The position numbers and the translations under genes were made by a program. A DNA stretch of 61,918 nucleotides from Blastopirellula marina (GTDB lineage Bacteria > Planctomycetota > Phycisphaerae > Sedimentisphaerales > UBA12454). Location: assembly GCA_020721975.1 (NCBI GenBank), contig DYLR01000001.1, positions 1 through 61,918 on the forward strand. Direction: 5' to 3'. Below, in pieces: positions 45,646-54,543 of this stretch; the stretch's first letter is position 1, and each line of letters opens with the position of its first letter. Under the pieces are notes generated by a model. That model was given only the letters and a program-made list of their open reading frames with translations. It was not told the DNA's origin and made no database searches.

Positions 45646-46191
45646 TTAAATTTTCTCTATCTGCCAGTATTCTATATCCAGCGGCGTGCTGCGACCAAAT
45701 ATGGTAACAATCACCCTCACAATGCCGCGTTCCTGATCAATTTCCTCTACCGTGCCTTCAAAGTTTTCAAATGCGCCTTCTCGTATCTTGACAAGGTCGC
45801 CTTTTCGAAACTCGACCTTCAGACCTGCCGAGGTTTCTTCAGGTTTTTCGGCCTCGACAAGCATCTTGGCTACATCGGTATCCCTCATCGGCGTGGGAAT
45901 ACCGTCGGTGCTGACAAAATCGCCTACGCCGAGCGTTTCTTTTATCAAAAACCAGGCCTTGTCGTTTATCTTGCCGTTTTCGTCGGCCTGCAGCTCCATA
46001 AAAACATAGCCCGGATAAAGTTTACGTTTAAGCACCCGCTGCTTGCCGGAACGAATGCGTTTGACCTGTTCGGACGGTACAAGAACCCGCCCGATAAAAT
46101 CCTGCATGTTTTCGAGCTTTACCTTGCGGTCAAGTGATTCCTTGACCTGCTCTTCCTTGTTTGACGCCACTCTTAATACGTACCACTGCAT
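45646..46191 (-). CDS. nusG: Transcription termination/antitermination factor NusG
   Basis: [16 protein letters not shown]..., KOW region [21 protein letters not shown]. Confidence 0.95.
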   Translation of the reverse strand: MQWYVLRVASNKEEQVKESLDRKVKLENMQDFIGRVLVPSEQVKRIRSGKQRVLKRKLYPGYVFMELQADENGKINDKAWFLIKETLGVGDFVSTDGIPTPMRDTDVAKMLVEAEKPEETSAGLKVEFRKGDLVKIREGAFENFEGTVEEIDQERGIVRVIVTIFGRSTPLDIEYWQIEKI

Positions 46192-46244
46192 CGTTATTCA
46201 CCAGGCTGCGCCGATATAATTCGTTCGGCAGGTTTTCCCGAGCT

Positions 46245-46643
46245 TCATATCCCCAGAACATTCATGAAGAACAGATTAAAAACAAAGTCCATAAATCCGA
46301 GCATACACGCAAGCGATATTACCGTTATGATAACCACGGCAGTCGATATAATTATTTCGCGTCTGCTTGCAAAACTGACTTTTTTCAACTCGCCTTCCGA
46401 TGCGATAATAAAGTCTGAAAACGAGGGCTTGTTAAAAAATATATACACAAGCAGGGTCGCAGCCGCGAAAACCGCCAGCGGCACAACCGCCCGCACCCAC
46501 TGCACCAGTGCATAGCTGCCGGACATATCGCTTAACCGCAGATACAGCCGATAACAGCCGACGGCAACAATTACCTCGATGCCGACGGCCACCCACAGCC
46601 TGGTGTTCTTTGCCTGACCCCATTTATATTTTTGCAAAAACAT
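46245..46643 (-). CDS. secE: Preprotein translocase subunit SecE (three-TM form)
   Basis: C-terminal SEGELKKVSFASRREIIISTAVVIITV... is the SecE signature. Lies between tRNA-Trp and nusG. Confidence 0.88.
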   Translation of the reverse strand: MFLQKYKWGQAKNTRLWVAVGIEVIVAVGCYRLYLRLSDMSGSYALVQWVRAVVPLAVFAAATLLVYIFFNKPSFSDFIIASEGELKKVSFASRREIIISTAVVIITVISLACMLGFMDFVFNLFFMNVLGI

Positions 46644-46672
46644 CCGTAAACCTCTTCAAAATCGAACAAAAG

Positions 46673-46745
<73 letters not shown>

Positions 46746-46783
46746 ATTTACTTGCCCGCCGCAGACGGAAGAGCTTTGGGTAC

Positions 46784-46951
46784 TTATTTGCGTCTTATCT
46801 TATGCACCGTGTGCTTGCGCTGGCGGCTGCAATATTTGTTCAATTCCAGCTTGGGCGTACCTTTGGCGACATTGACTTCAAGCCTGTAATTTCTCTCGCC
46901 GCAGTCTTTACACTCCAGCCAAACATATTCTCTTTTCTTGGATTTTGCCAT
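46784..46951 (-). CDS. rpmG: 50S ribosomal protein L33
   Basis: Hand-translated 55 aa: MAKSKKREYVWLECKDCGERNYRLEVNVAKGTPKLELNKYCSRQRKHTVHKIRRK. Too short for the ORF track. Confidence 0.92.
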   Translation of the reverse strand: MAKSKKREYVWLECKDCGERNYRLEVNVAKGTPKLELNKYCSRQRKHTVHKIRRK

Positions 46952-47034
46952 AAACTCTCTTTCCGGAACGTTCAGTCATCACACCGAAAAATGCCGCTAA
47001 CTGTCTGTGCCATACACTGTCCGGCAAAAACAAA

Positions 47035-48249
47035 TCAGGCAAGAATCTTAATCACCACACCGGCGCCGACAGTCTTGCCGCCTTCGCGGATAGCGAAACG
47101 CAGGCCTTCTTCCATAGCGATTGGCGCGATAATCTCGACTTCCATAGCAATGTTATCGCCCGGCATGCACATCTCGGCGGGCTTGCCTTCACGGCTCTTA
47201 ATCGCCAGAACCCCACCGGTTACGTCGGTTGTACGGAAATAAAACTGAGGTTTGTAGCCTGCGAAAAACGGGCTGTGACGACCGCCTTCGTCTTTCGTCA
47301 GCACGTAAACTTCCGCAACAAATTTGGTATGCGGGGTAATGCTGCCGGGCTTTGCGACAACCTGGCCGCGCTCGAGTTCCTGCTTTTCAACACCTCGCAA
47401 AAGCAAACCAACATTATCGCCGGCCTGGCCTTCATCGAGAGTTTTGTTAAACATTTCAACGCCTGTAACAGTGGTTTTGCGGGTTTCCTTGCTCAGACCG
47501 ACGATTTCAACTTCATCGCCCACATGGACTATGCCGCGCTCGATACGGCCTGTGCCGACCGTGCCGCGCCCCTTAATGCTGAACACGTCTTCGACCGGCA
47601 TAAGAAACGGCTGGTCAACAGCTCTTTTTGGTACAGATATATACGCATCAACCGCAGCAACCAGATCATCAATGCACTTGCAGGCCGCGTTGTCCTTACC
47701 TTCGGATTCCATAGCCTTCAGCGCAGAGCCGCGGATAATCGGTATCTCATCGCCCGGGAATTCATATTTGCTCAAAAGCTCCCGCAATTCCATTTCGACC
47801 AGCTCAATCAGTTCAGGGTCGTCAACCTGGTCGATTTTATTCAGAAAAACCACGATTCTCGGTACGTTCACCTGACGGGCAAGCAGAATATGTTCGCGAG
47901 TCTGAGGCATTGGGCCGTCGCTGGCGGCCACAACCAGTATCGCTCCGTCCATTTGAGCGGCGCCGGTAATCATATTCTTGATATAGTCGGCGTGCCCCGG
48001 GCAGTCAACGTGTGCATAGTGGCGGTTTGCGCTTTCATACTCAACGTGTGCGGTATTAATGGTAATGCCGCGTTCCTTTTCTTCGGGGGCATTGTCAATT
48101 TCATCATACTTCTTGACTGTGCCCTTGCCGTTCTTGACCGCCATACGCATGGTAATCGCTGCCGTCAAAGTGGTCTTGCCGTGGTCAATGTGCCCAATCG
48201 TTCCGACGTTCACGTGCGGTTTTGTTCTTTCAAATACGCCTTTTGCCAT
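47035..48249 (-). CDS. tuf: Elongation factor Tu
   Basis: 404 aa. [33 protein letters not shown]. Confidence 0.97.
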   Translation of the reverse strand: MAKGVFERTKPHVNVGTIGHIDHGKTTLTAAITMRMAVKNGKGTVKKYDEIDNAPEEKERGITINTAHVEYESANRHYAHVDCPGHADYIKNMITGAAQMDGAILVVAASDGPMPQTREHILLARQVNVPRIVVFLNKIDQVDDPELIELVEMELRELLSKYEFPGDEIPIIRGSALKAMESEGKDNAACKCIDDLVAAVDAYISVPKRAVDQPFLMPVEDVFSIKGRGTVGTGRIERGIVHVGDEVEIVGLSKETRKTTVTGVEMFNKTLDEGQAGDNVGLLLRGVEKQELERGQVVAKPGSITPHTKFVAEVYVLTKDEGGRHSPFFAGYKPQFYFRTTDVTGGVLAIKSREGKPAEMCMPGDNIAMEVEIIAPIAMEEGLRFAIREGGKTVGAGVVIKILA

Positions 48250-48348
48250 CTGTCAATAACCTCCACTATGTTTTTAACAAGTGATTTCCTTAAACGTTTT
48301 ATTAAAAAAACAACATTTACCTTTTATTTCTTAACACTATTGCATTTA

Positions 48349-48421
<73 letters not shown>

Positions 48422-48654
48422 GGCCGCATAATAACATGTAAAACAGCAATAATTGCGCTGCCGACTCAAACTTTTGCCATGGGCGTCAACAATGCAGACA
48501 GTATCTCTACACCACATTGCGCACAAGGGCAAAGCCGCAAGTATACAGACTCAAATAAAAATTTCAAACCCTAAATAAAAATTTTAATAAAAATTTACAG
48601 CTTTCCTGTGAAAATTACACAGAAAATGTCCACAACTCACGCCCGATAATATAC

Positions 48655-48683
48655 TTGCATTCAATTTTAACATCCTGCATAAT
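48655..48683 (+). promoter_or_regulatory. Candidate sigma70-type promoter for the ferritin-like gene
   Basis: TTGCAT, a 17-nt spacer, then CATAAT, about 110 nt upstream of the ATG at 48795. Pattern match only. Confidence 0.3.
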
Positions 48684-48794
48684 ATTTGACATCTTTCTAT
48701 CCGGTTGAGCAGAATGATTGTAGGGATTATAGATTGATGTAATCTCTAATTTTGTCTAAAAGTTTATAACCTTTTTTTTGACAGGAGTTTAACT

Positions 48795-49298
48795 ATGGGT
48801 ACAAAGGCTGTAGAAATCCTCGGAATGGATGCAAAGGTACTGCTTGACCTGCTGAACAGGGCATATTGCGATGAATGGCTGGCCTATTACCAGTACTGGA
48901 TTGGGGCGAAAATCATCAAAGGGCCCATGAAAGATGCCGTTATGGCCGAGCTTGAACTGCACGCTACTGAAGAATTAGCTCACGCCCTGCTGCTTACCCA
49001 TCGAATTATTCAGCTCGGCGGCACGCCGGTAACCGAACCGAAAGACTGGTATAAATTTACAAATTGCGGCTACGACGCCCCAACCGACCCTTACGTCTAT
49101 AAAATCCTCCAGCAGAACATCAAAGGCGAGCAGTGCGCAATAACCACATATAACAAGCTGCTGGAAAAAACCCGCACCGCAGACCCGGTTACTTATAATA
49201 TAGTACTGGGAATCCTTCAGCAGGAAGTCGAACACGAAGAAGACCTCCAGGCACTGCTTGAGGATTTGGACCTGCTGGTCGCAAAAGAAACGAAATAG
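48795..49298 (+). CDS. Ferritin-like diiron protein (bacterioferritin / Dps-like family)
   Basis: 167-aa four-helix-bundle pattern with E...ExxH pairs (ELELHATEELAH, QQEVEHEED). GGAG SD 8 nt upstream. Confidence 0.8.
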   Translation: MGTKAVEILGMDAKVLLDLLNRAYCDEWLAYYQYWIGAKIIKGPMKDAVMAELELHATEELAHALLLTHRIIQLGGTPVTEPKDWYKFTNCGYDAPTDPYVYKILQQNIKGEQCAITTYNKLLEKTRTADPVTYNIVLGILQQEVEHEEDLQALLEDLDLLVAKETK

Positions 49299-49406
49299 GG
49301 TATAGGGTGTAGGCATTTAATATCGTACATTGTTTAGCCGCCGTCGGCACGACGGCGTATGTGTTAGCCCCATGAATAAATCGGGGGGCTAACTACACCC
49401 TATACC
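49299..49406. repeat. Nested palindromic element: a 14-bp outer inverted repeat enclosing two REP-like hairpins. Probable terminator of the ferritin-like gene.
   Basis: GGTATAGGGTGTAG (49299-49312) pairs with CTACACCCTATACC (49393-49406). The inner hairpins are CGCCGTCG-gca-CGACGGCG (49339-49357) and GTTAGCCCC-13nt-GGGGCTAAC (49363-49393). It is followed by ATTTTTACTTT. Confidence 0.75.
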
Positions 49407-49426
49407 ATTTTTACTTTCCTTGTGTC

Positions 49427-50101
49427 ATGGACAGACAGAGATTTGCAAAATGGAGTTTGTGTGCAGTTCTTTTGCTGTGCGCCTCTGCGGAGTCGTCGGT
49501 AATCCGCACTGAAAAATATTTCTCTGTGCCGATTCCCGCTGCAGGTACGAAAGGCATAATGTCGCCTGCCGTTATTTTCGTTCCCAATCACGGCAGACTG
49601 CTCGATATAAACATCACAATTGACATTACTCACAGCTGCATTTTTGACCTTGAGCTGTATTTAGTTGGTCCCGGCAGCTCCCGGCTGTGCCTGAATTACT
49701 ATGCTTACAGCGAGTTTTTCCGTGCCGCCGATTATCGTATGACCAAATTCGACGACGAATCGCGCGTGCCGGTTTCGCAGCGGCAGCCTTATTTCACGGG
49801 CGTTTATCAGCCTCGCGGCGGGCGGCTGGCTGTTTTCGACGGCATCGACCCTTACGGAAACTGGCGGCTGGAAATTTACGACAACATCATCGGCGACGCA
49901 GGAAAACTCAATTACGTACAACTTGAAATGACTGTTAATCCCGAACCGGCAACGATAATGTTCTTCTTTATTTCCATATTCCGGCTTGGTATTTCCAAAC
50001 AGAAAAAATATTATCAAACTTTGAAATATATGCCTGTTCGCGCCAAAATCAAAAATCCGCCAGGCAAAAATCATTTTCAAATATCTCGTTCGCGCTTATG
50101 A
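49427..50101 (+). CDS. Secreted proprotein-convertase P-domain-only protein with a PEP-CTERM-like sorting signal
   Basis: Signal peptide MDRQRFAKWSLCAVLLLCASA. P-domain pattern INITIDITHSCIFDLELYLVGPGSS...FDDES...FTGVYQP...FDG.DPYGNWRLEIYDN..GDAGKLN. C-terminal NPEPATIMFFFISIFRLGISKQKK. Confidence 0.75.
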   Translation: MDRQRFAKWSLCAVLLLCASAESSVIRTEKYFSVPIPAAGTKGIMSPAVIFVPNHGRLLDINITIDITHSCIFDLELYLVGPGSSRLCLNYYAYSEFFRAADYRMTKFDDESRVPVSQRQPYFTGVYQPRGGRLAVFDGIDPYGNWRLEIYDNIIGDAGKLNYVQLEMTVNPEPATIMFFFISIFRLGISKQKKYYQTLKYMPVRAKIKNPPGKNHFQISRSRL

Positions 50102-50293
50102 CAAACTGTATCTGCCGGCATACGTATGTTCCGGATTAACTATATACAGATATTAGACGCTGAAAGTTTGATTACTAACCCAAAATTCCGAACGATACAG
50201 ACTATTTCATCGTACCACTTCAAGGTTGCACTGCGCAGCCAAAACAGATATATTCTTGTTGTATAAAATTCGGTCATAAAACAAAGGGATTGA

Positions 50294-51478
50294 TTGATAA
50301 TGAGACAAATCGGCAAAAATATTTACTCCGTTGGTGCGGTGGACTGGGTTCGCAGATTATTCGACGAACTTATCCCCCTGCCCGACGGCACAAGCTACAA
50401 TTCATATCTTGTTAAAGGTTCAAAGGCAACCGCACTGATTGACGGCGTAGACCCGGCCAGGCACGAAGACCTGCTCGAAAACATAATCGACAGCGAAATT
50501 ACAAACCTCGATTACATTATCTGTAATCACGCCGAACAGGATCACAGCGGAGCAATCGAAGACCTGGCAGTGTTGTACCCCCAGGCAAAGGTCGTTACCA
50601 ACGAAAAGTGCAAAGGCTTTTTGATGGATTTGCTCGATTTAACACAGGATCGTTTCAAAGTTATTGAAGACGGCGAAACGCTTTCTCTGGGCAACAAAAC
50701 ACTGAAGTTTATCTTTACGCCATGGGTTCACTGGCCGGAGACAATGTGTACATATTTAGTCGAGGATAAAATACTTTTCAGTTGTGATTTTTTCGGCTCG
50801 CATCTGGCAACGGCGGAACTTTTCGTCAAAAATGAACAGGCGGTCTATGAGCCGGCCAAGCGGTATTACGCGGAAATTATGATGCCCTTCCGCAGCAATA
50901 TTGAAAAGAACATTGCGAAAGTTACTGCTGAAAAGATTGAAATGATTGCACCGAGCCATGGGCCGATTTATCAGAACCCGCAATTCATAATTAATTGTTA
51001 TAAAGACTGGGGTGCGGATAAATTTGTCAACCGCGTGATGATTCCTTTTGTTTCAATGCATGAAAGCACGGCGGTTATGGTGTATTATTTTGCAAAGGCT
51101 CTTATGCAGCGAAATGTTGAGGTAAAACTTTTCAATATGTCATCGGCTGACGTCGGGCAACTTGCGATAACGCTTGTTGATACGCCGACGCTGATAGTCG
51201 GTTCGCCTCAGGTGCTTGGCGGTGCGCATCCTGCTGTGGCAAACGCAGTGTTTCTTGCGAATGCGCTGCGGCCTAAAACCAAATTCGCAGGCATAATCGG
51301 CTCTTACGGCTGGGGCGGCAAAATGGTCGAGCAGATTAAGGGTATGATGGAGCATTTCAAGGCCGAATTATTTGAGCCGGTGATTGCCAAAGGTCTGCCC
51401 AAAAACGACGACTACAAAAACCTTGATTTGCTTGCAGATAAAATTGTTGAAAAACACAAAGCGCTGGGAATTGCGTAA
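50294..51478 (+). CDS. Flavodiiron protein (class A; rubredoxin:oxygen/NO oxidoreductase type)
   Basis: Metallo-beta-lactamase domain with NHAEQDHSG, plus a C-terminal flavodoxin-like domain. About 394 aa. The ATG at 50300 is an alternative start. Confidence 0.88.
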   Translation: MIMRQIGKNIYSVGAVDWVRRLFDELIPLPDGTSYNSYLVKGSKATALIDGVDPARHEDLLENIIDSEITNLDYIICNHAEQDHSGAIEDLAVLYPQAKVVTNEKCKGFLMDLLDLTQDRFKVIEDGETLSLGNKTLKFIFTPWVHWPETMCTYLVEDKILFSCDFFGSHLATAELFVKNEQAVYEPAKRYYAEIMMPFRSNIEKNIAKVTAEKIEMIAPSHGPIYQNPQFIINCYKDWGADKFVNRVMIPFVSMHESTAVMVYYFAKALMQRNVEVKLFNMSSADVGQLAITLVDTPTLIVGSPQVLGGAHPAVANAVFLANALRPKTKFAGIIGSYGWGGKMVEQIKGMMEHFKAELFEPVIAKGLPKNDDYKNLDLLADKIVEKHKALGIA

Positions 51479-51508
51479 ATCTGACACAAATTTTGAAAGG
51501 ATACAGAT

Positions 51509-51883
51509 ATGGCACAAAAAGCTGAAATTTACAAATGTATGTCCTGCGGTATAATAGTCGAGGTTCTCGACGGAGGCGGCGGAACGCTGGTCTGCTGCGG
51601 GCAGGATATGAAGCTGTTCCGCGAAAACACCGTTGACGCGGCAAAGGAAAAGCATGTGCCGGTACTCGAAAAAATTCCAGGCGGATGGAAAGTCAAAGTC
51701 GGGTCGGTCGAGCATCCGATGGAGACCAAGCACTATATCGAATGGATTGAACTGCAGGCCGACGGAAAATCTTACAAACAGTTCCTCCAGCCCGGAATGA
51801 AACCCGAAGCGACGTTTATGGTCGAGGGTAAATCGGTAATTGCCCGCGAATACTGCAATATTCACGGCCTGTGGAAAGGATAA
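51509..51883 (+). CDS. dfx: Desulfoferrodoxin (2Fe superoxide reductase)
   Basis: N-terminal desulforedoxin site CMSCG...VCCG. Centre II ligands EKHVP, VEHPM, KHYIEW, YCNIHG. Confidence 0.92.
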   Translation: MAQKAEIYKCMSCGIIVEVLDGGGGTLVCCGQDMKLFRENTVDAAKEKHVPVLEKIPGGWKVKVGSVEHPMETKHYIEWIELQADGKSYKQFLQPGMKPEATFMVEGKSVIAREYCNIHGLWKG

Positions 51884-51888
51884 CGCTG

Positions 51889-52377
51889 ATGAGCGAACAA
51901 TTCAGCATTGTCGAGATTTTCGAAATGGCCGAGCAGATTGAACGCAACGGCGCAAATTTTTATCGCAAAGCCGCGGATATTACTTCCAACAAGACAATAC
52001 GGTCGTTGCTGAAAACGCTGGCTGATACGGAAGACGAACACGAAAAATTGTTTTTGAAAATGCGCGACCGTTATGCCCGGCAAAATGAACCGCATGTGTT
52101 CGACCCCGATAATGAGACCGCGGCATATTTAAAAGGCATAGCATCCAGCAGCGGCTGGGAAGGCAAGGTCGCACCGGCTATTGAATTGCGCGGCAATGAA
52201 ACCGTCGGCCGGATACTCACCGCTGCAATACAGGCAGAGAAAGATTCTATTTCGTTTTATCTCGGCATAAAAAACGCCATCAGTTCCGAGCAGGACAGGC
52301 AAATAATCGACAAAATAATAAAGGAAGAAATGGGACACGTGAGCATACTGCAAAAACAGATGGCACAGTGGAGTTAA
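51889..52377 (+). CDS. Rubrerythrin-like diiron (ferritin-like) protein lacking the rubredoxin domain
   Basis: EMAEQIERNGANFY, TEDEHEKLF, AIQAEKDSISFY and KEEMGHVSIL form two E...ExxH pairs. The start is set at MSEQ, after the dfx stop. Confidence 0.82.
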   Translation: MSEQFSIVEIFEMAEQIERNGANFYRKAADITSNKTIRSLLKTLADTEDEHEKLFLKMRDRYARQNEPHVFDPDNETAAYLKGIASSSGWEGKVAPAIELRGNETVGRILTAAIQAEKDSISFYLGIKNAISSEQDRQIIDKIIKEEMGHVSILQKQMAQWS

Positions 52378-52420
52378 AGCAGTGGGAAAATTGCGTTGCG
52401 TGTAAAAGAACGGAGATTTT

Positions 52421-52582
52421 ATGAAAAAATATCGTTGTACGATGTGCGATTATATTTATGACCCTGCTGCCGGCGACCCGGCCAACGGCGTCGACCCGGG
52501 AACCGCCTTTGAAGACCTGCCGGACGACTGGACGTGCCCGGACTGCGGCGCAACAAAGGATTCCTTCGAGCCGGTAAGATAG
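52421..52582 (+). CDS. Rubredoxin
   Basis: Hand-translated 53 aa: [53 protein letters not shown], with two CxxC pairs. GGAG SD upstream. Too short for the ORF track. Confidence 0.93.
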   Translation: MKKYRCTMCDYIYDPAAGDPANGVDPGTAFEDLPDDWTCPDCGATKDSFEPVR

Positions 52583-52635
52583 AAAATACAAAGCACGAAA
52601 TCGTTTTGGTTTATAGTCGTTGGTATATTGAAGAA

Positions 52636-52810
52636 AATATCCAACATCCAAACTAATTCCCAATGCCCAATTTTTCAATGACCAGAAAATGCCCAAATAT
52701 TTTAGTGACCAATATTCCGGCGAAAGCCTTTTGGATATTGGTAATTGAAAATTCTTTGGTCATTCGGATTTGGTCATTGGTCATTAAATGGATGTTGTGT
52801 TATTGGATGG
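52636..52810. repeat. Roughly 175-bp imperfect palindrome built from strand-asymmetric words (left arm G-poor, right arm nearly C-free), centred on GGC-GAAA-GCC
   Basis: The left arm is aatatccaacatccaaactaattcccaatgcccaa...gaccaatattcc and the right arm is ggatattggtaattg...ttggtcattggtcattaaatggatgttgtgttattggatgg. It lies in the rubredoxin-rnfD spacer. Confidence 0.7.
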
Positions 52811-52840
52811 TTCTTATTTGTCCGGGGTTATTGGATATTT

Positions 52841-53890
52841 ATGTCCGGCGAGCAGAAAGCTAAATCTCCTGTGCTTCGCAGGCAGCCTGTTATAAGGCGG
52901 GTTCTGGCGGCGCTTATCCCCTGCATTGCCGGTGCGGTGTATTTTTTCGGCTGGCGATGTCTGGCAATGATAGTAGTCGCTTCGGCAGCGGGTTTTATTA
53001 CCGAGTATATTTTCTGCCGGATGCGCAAAGAACCTGTGAGCGAGGCTGTTTTTGTTACGGCGTGGCTGTTTGCGCTGATTATGCCTGCAAGCTGTCCATG
53101 GCATGTGCTGGTAATTGGGGTGGTCTTTGCCGTGATGTTCGGCAAGGAAGTATTCGGCGGCTTCGGCAGAAATATTTTTAACCCTGCAATTGTAGGCAGG
53201 GCTTTCGTTTATATTTGTTTTCCGGTAGCTTTAACGGCGGCCTGGCCGCAGGCGGCAGGCGGCCTGTTCGGCGCACTTGGCAAATGGCAAAGCTGGTCCG
53301 GTCCGCAGGCGATAACCGGCGCGTCGGTAATGGCGAATATCAAGGCAGGTAAAATTATCATTTCCTCCGACAAAACCGCGGCTGATACGATTCCGTTTGA
53401 TATTAAAGCCGGTCAAATCATTCAGGTAAGTCCCGGTGCAATATTCAAAGGTTTGGCTCTTGGCCGGGTTGAAGGCACAATGGGCGTTACCAGTGTTGTG
53501 CTTATCTGCATTGGGGGGGTATATCTTTTTATTACCAAAACGGCAAGCCGTGCGACAATCCTTTCGATGATAATTACTTATGCCGTGTTGAATCAAACAC
53601 TATATATGGCCGGTGTGAAACCGGTGGCGCCTGCGTGGGCTGGTCTGATGAGCGGCGGTTTCCTTTTCGGCGTTTTCTTTATGGCAACCGACCCTGTAAG
53701 TTCGCCCCGCACAACCGAGGGCAAAATTATTTACGCAATAATAATAGCAATCTGCACGCTGGTTATTCGTAATTTTTCAATCTTCAACGGCGGGCTGATG
53801 TTTTCGATACTCATAGGAAATATGTTCGCGCCGATAATCGACATCGCCGTGAAAAACATAAAAAATCGAAACATCACGGAAACTGCGTAA
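52841..53890 (+). CDS. RnfD/NqrB-family membrane flavoprotein homologue with no other Rnf/Nqr subunits nearby
   Basis: GGFGRNIFNPAIVGRAF, FFMATDPVSSPRT, and a flavinylation-like site QAITGAS. The start is taken at MSGEQK, where the ORF track gives 52745. Confidence 0.8.
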   Translation: MSGEQKAKSPVLRRQPVIRRVLAALIPCIAGAVYFFGWRCLAMIVVASAAGFITEYIFCRMRKEPVSEAVFVTAWLFALIMPASCPWHVLVIGVVFAVMFGKEVFGGFGRNIFNPAIVGRAFVYICFPVALTAAWPQAAGGLFGALGKWQSWSGPQAITGASVMANIKAGKIIISSDKTAADTIPFDIKAGQIIQVSPGAIFKGLALGRVEGTMGVTSVVLICIGGVYLFITKTASRATILSMIITYAVLNQTLYMAGVKPVAPAWAGLMSGGFLFGVFFMATDPVSSPRTTEGKIIYAIIIAICTLVIRNFSIFNGGLMFSILIGNMFAPIIDIAVKNIKNRNITETA

Positions 53891-53961
53891 AACGTGTCTT
53901 ACGGATTTCAAAAAAATCAGCACAATCAGCGTAATCCGTGATTAAAGTTGATTCGCGGCTG

Positions 53962-54543
53962 TTAAAACGAATTGAAATGAGTTATCGACTCAACCGTGCG
54001 TTTAGGCACATGCAGCACATCATTTTCATCAAGCCTGTACTTGGTATTGTGGTCACTGCAGTCGTCCATCACGGGGGATTCGTCAGGCACACCTAATGCA
54101 ATAACCGAATCAATCGTAAAATTATCAGGCACCTGCAGAATATTTCGTACTTCATCCCTGTTCACCGAGCCGAGCCAGCACGAGCCTATGCCCATAGCAT
54201 GCGCGGCAATAAGTATATTTTCAATCGCAGCGGCGGCGTCAGCTGCGGCAGATTCGTATTTTTTAATTTCATTGTCGGCAAGCACGACAATATAAGCGGT
54301 CGGCTCCTGATGCGGGGCAGGGTTTCTTCTCGGCCTTACATGCCCCGCCCAGGCAAGACAGGCGAAAATACGCTTACAAATCTGCGGCTCATCGACGATT
54401 ACATATTCAATCGCCTGAAAATTGCCGCCCGCCGGCGATCGTCTTGCGCAGTCAATCAGCTCCAGCAGCTTCGCACGTTCAATTCGCGTCTGTTTGAATC
54501 GTCTTATCGTCCTGCGTGATTTAATTGCTTCAATCGCGTCCAT
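53962..54543 (-). CDS. Nitroreductase-family flavoenzyme
   Basis: AIKSRRTIRRFK..., ARRSPAGGNFQ, and a C-terminal region typical of the NfsB/NADH-oxidase fold. Confidence 0.85.
   Translation of the reverse strand: MDAIEAIKSRRTIRRFKQTRIERAKLLELIDCARRSPAGGNFQAIEYVIVDEPQICKRIFACLAWAGHVRPRRNPAPHQEPTAYIVVLADNEIKKYESAAADAAAAIENILIAAHAMGIGSCWLGSVNRDEVRNILQVPDNFTIDSVIALGVPDESPVMDDCSDHNTKYRLDENDVLHVPKRTVESITHFNSF

Noticed and set aside
53901-53939. Possible intrinsic terminator between convergent rnfD-like and nitroreductase genes (ACGGATT...AATCCGT).
   Set aside because: The stem is only 7 bp with a 25-nt loop and no flanking T-run on either strand, which is too weak to call.
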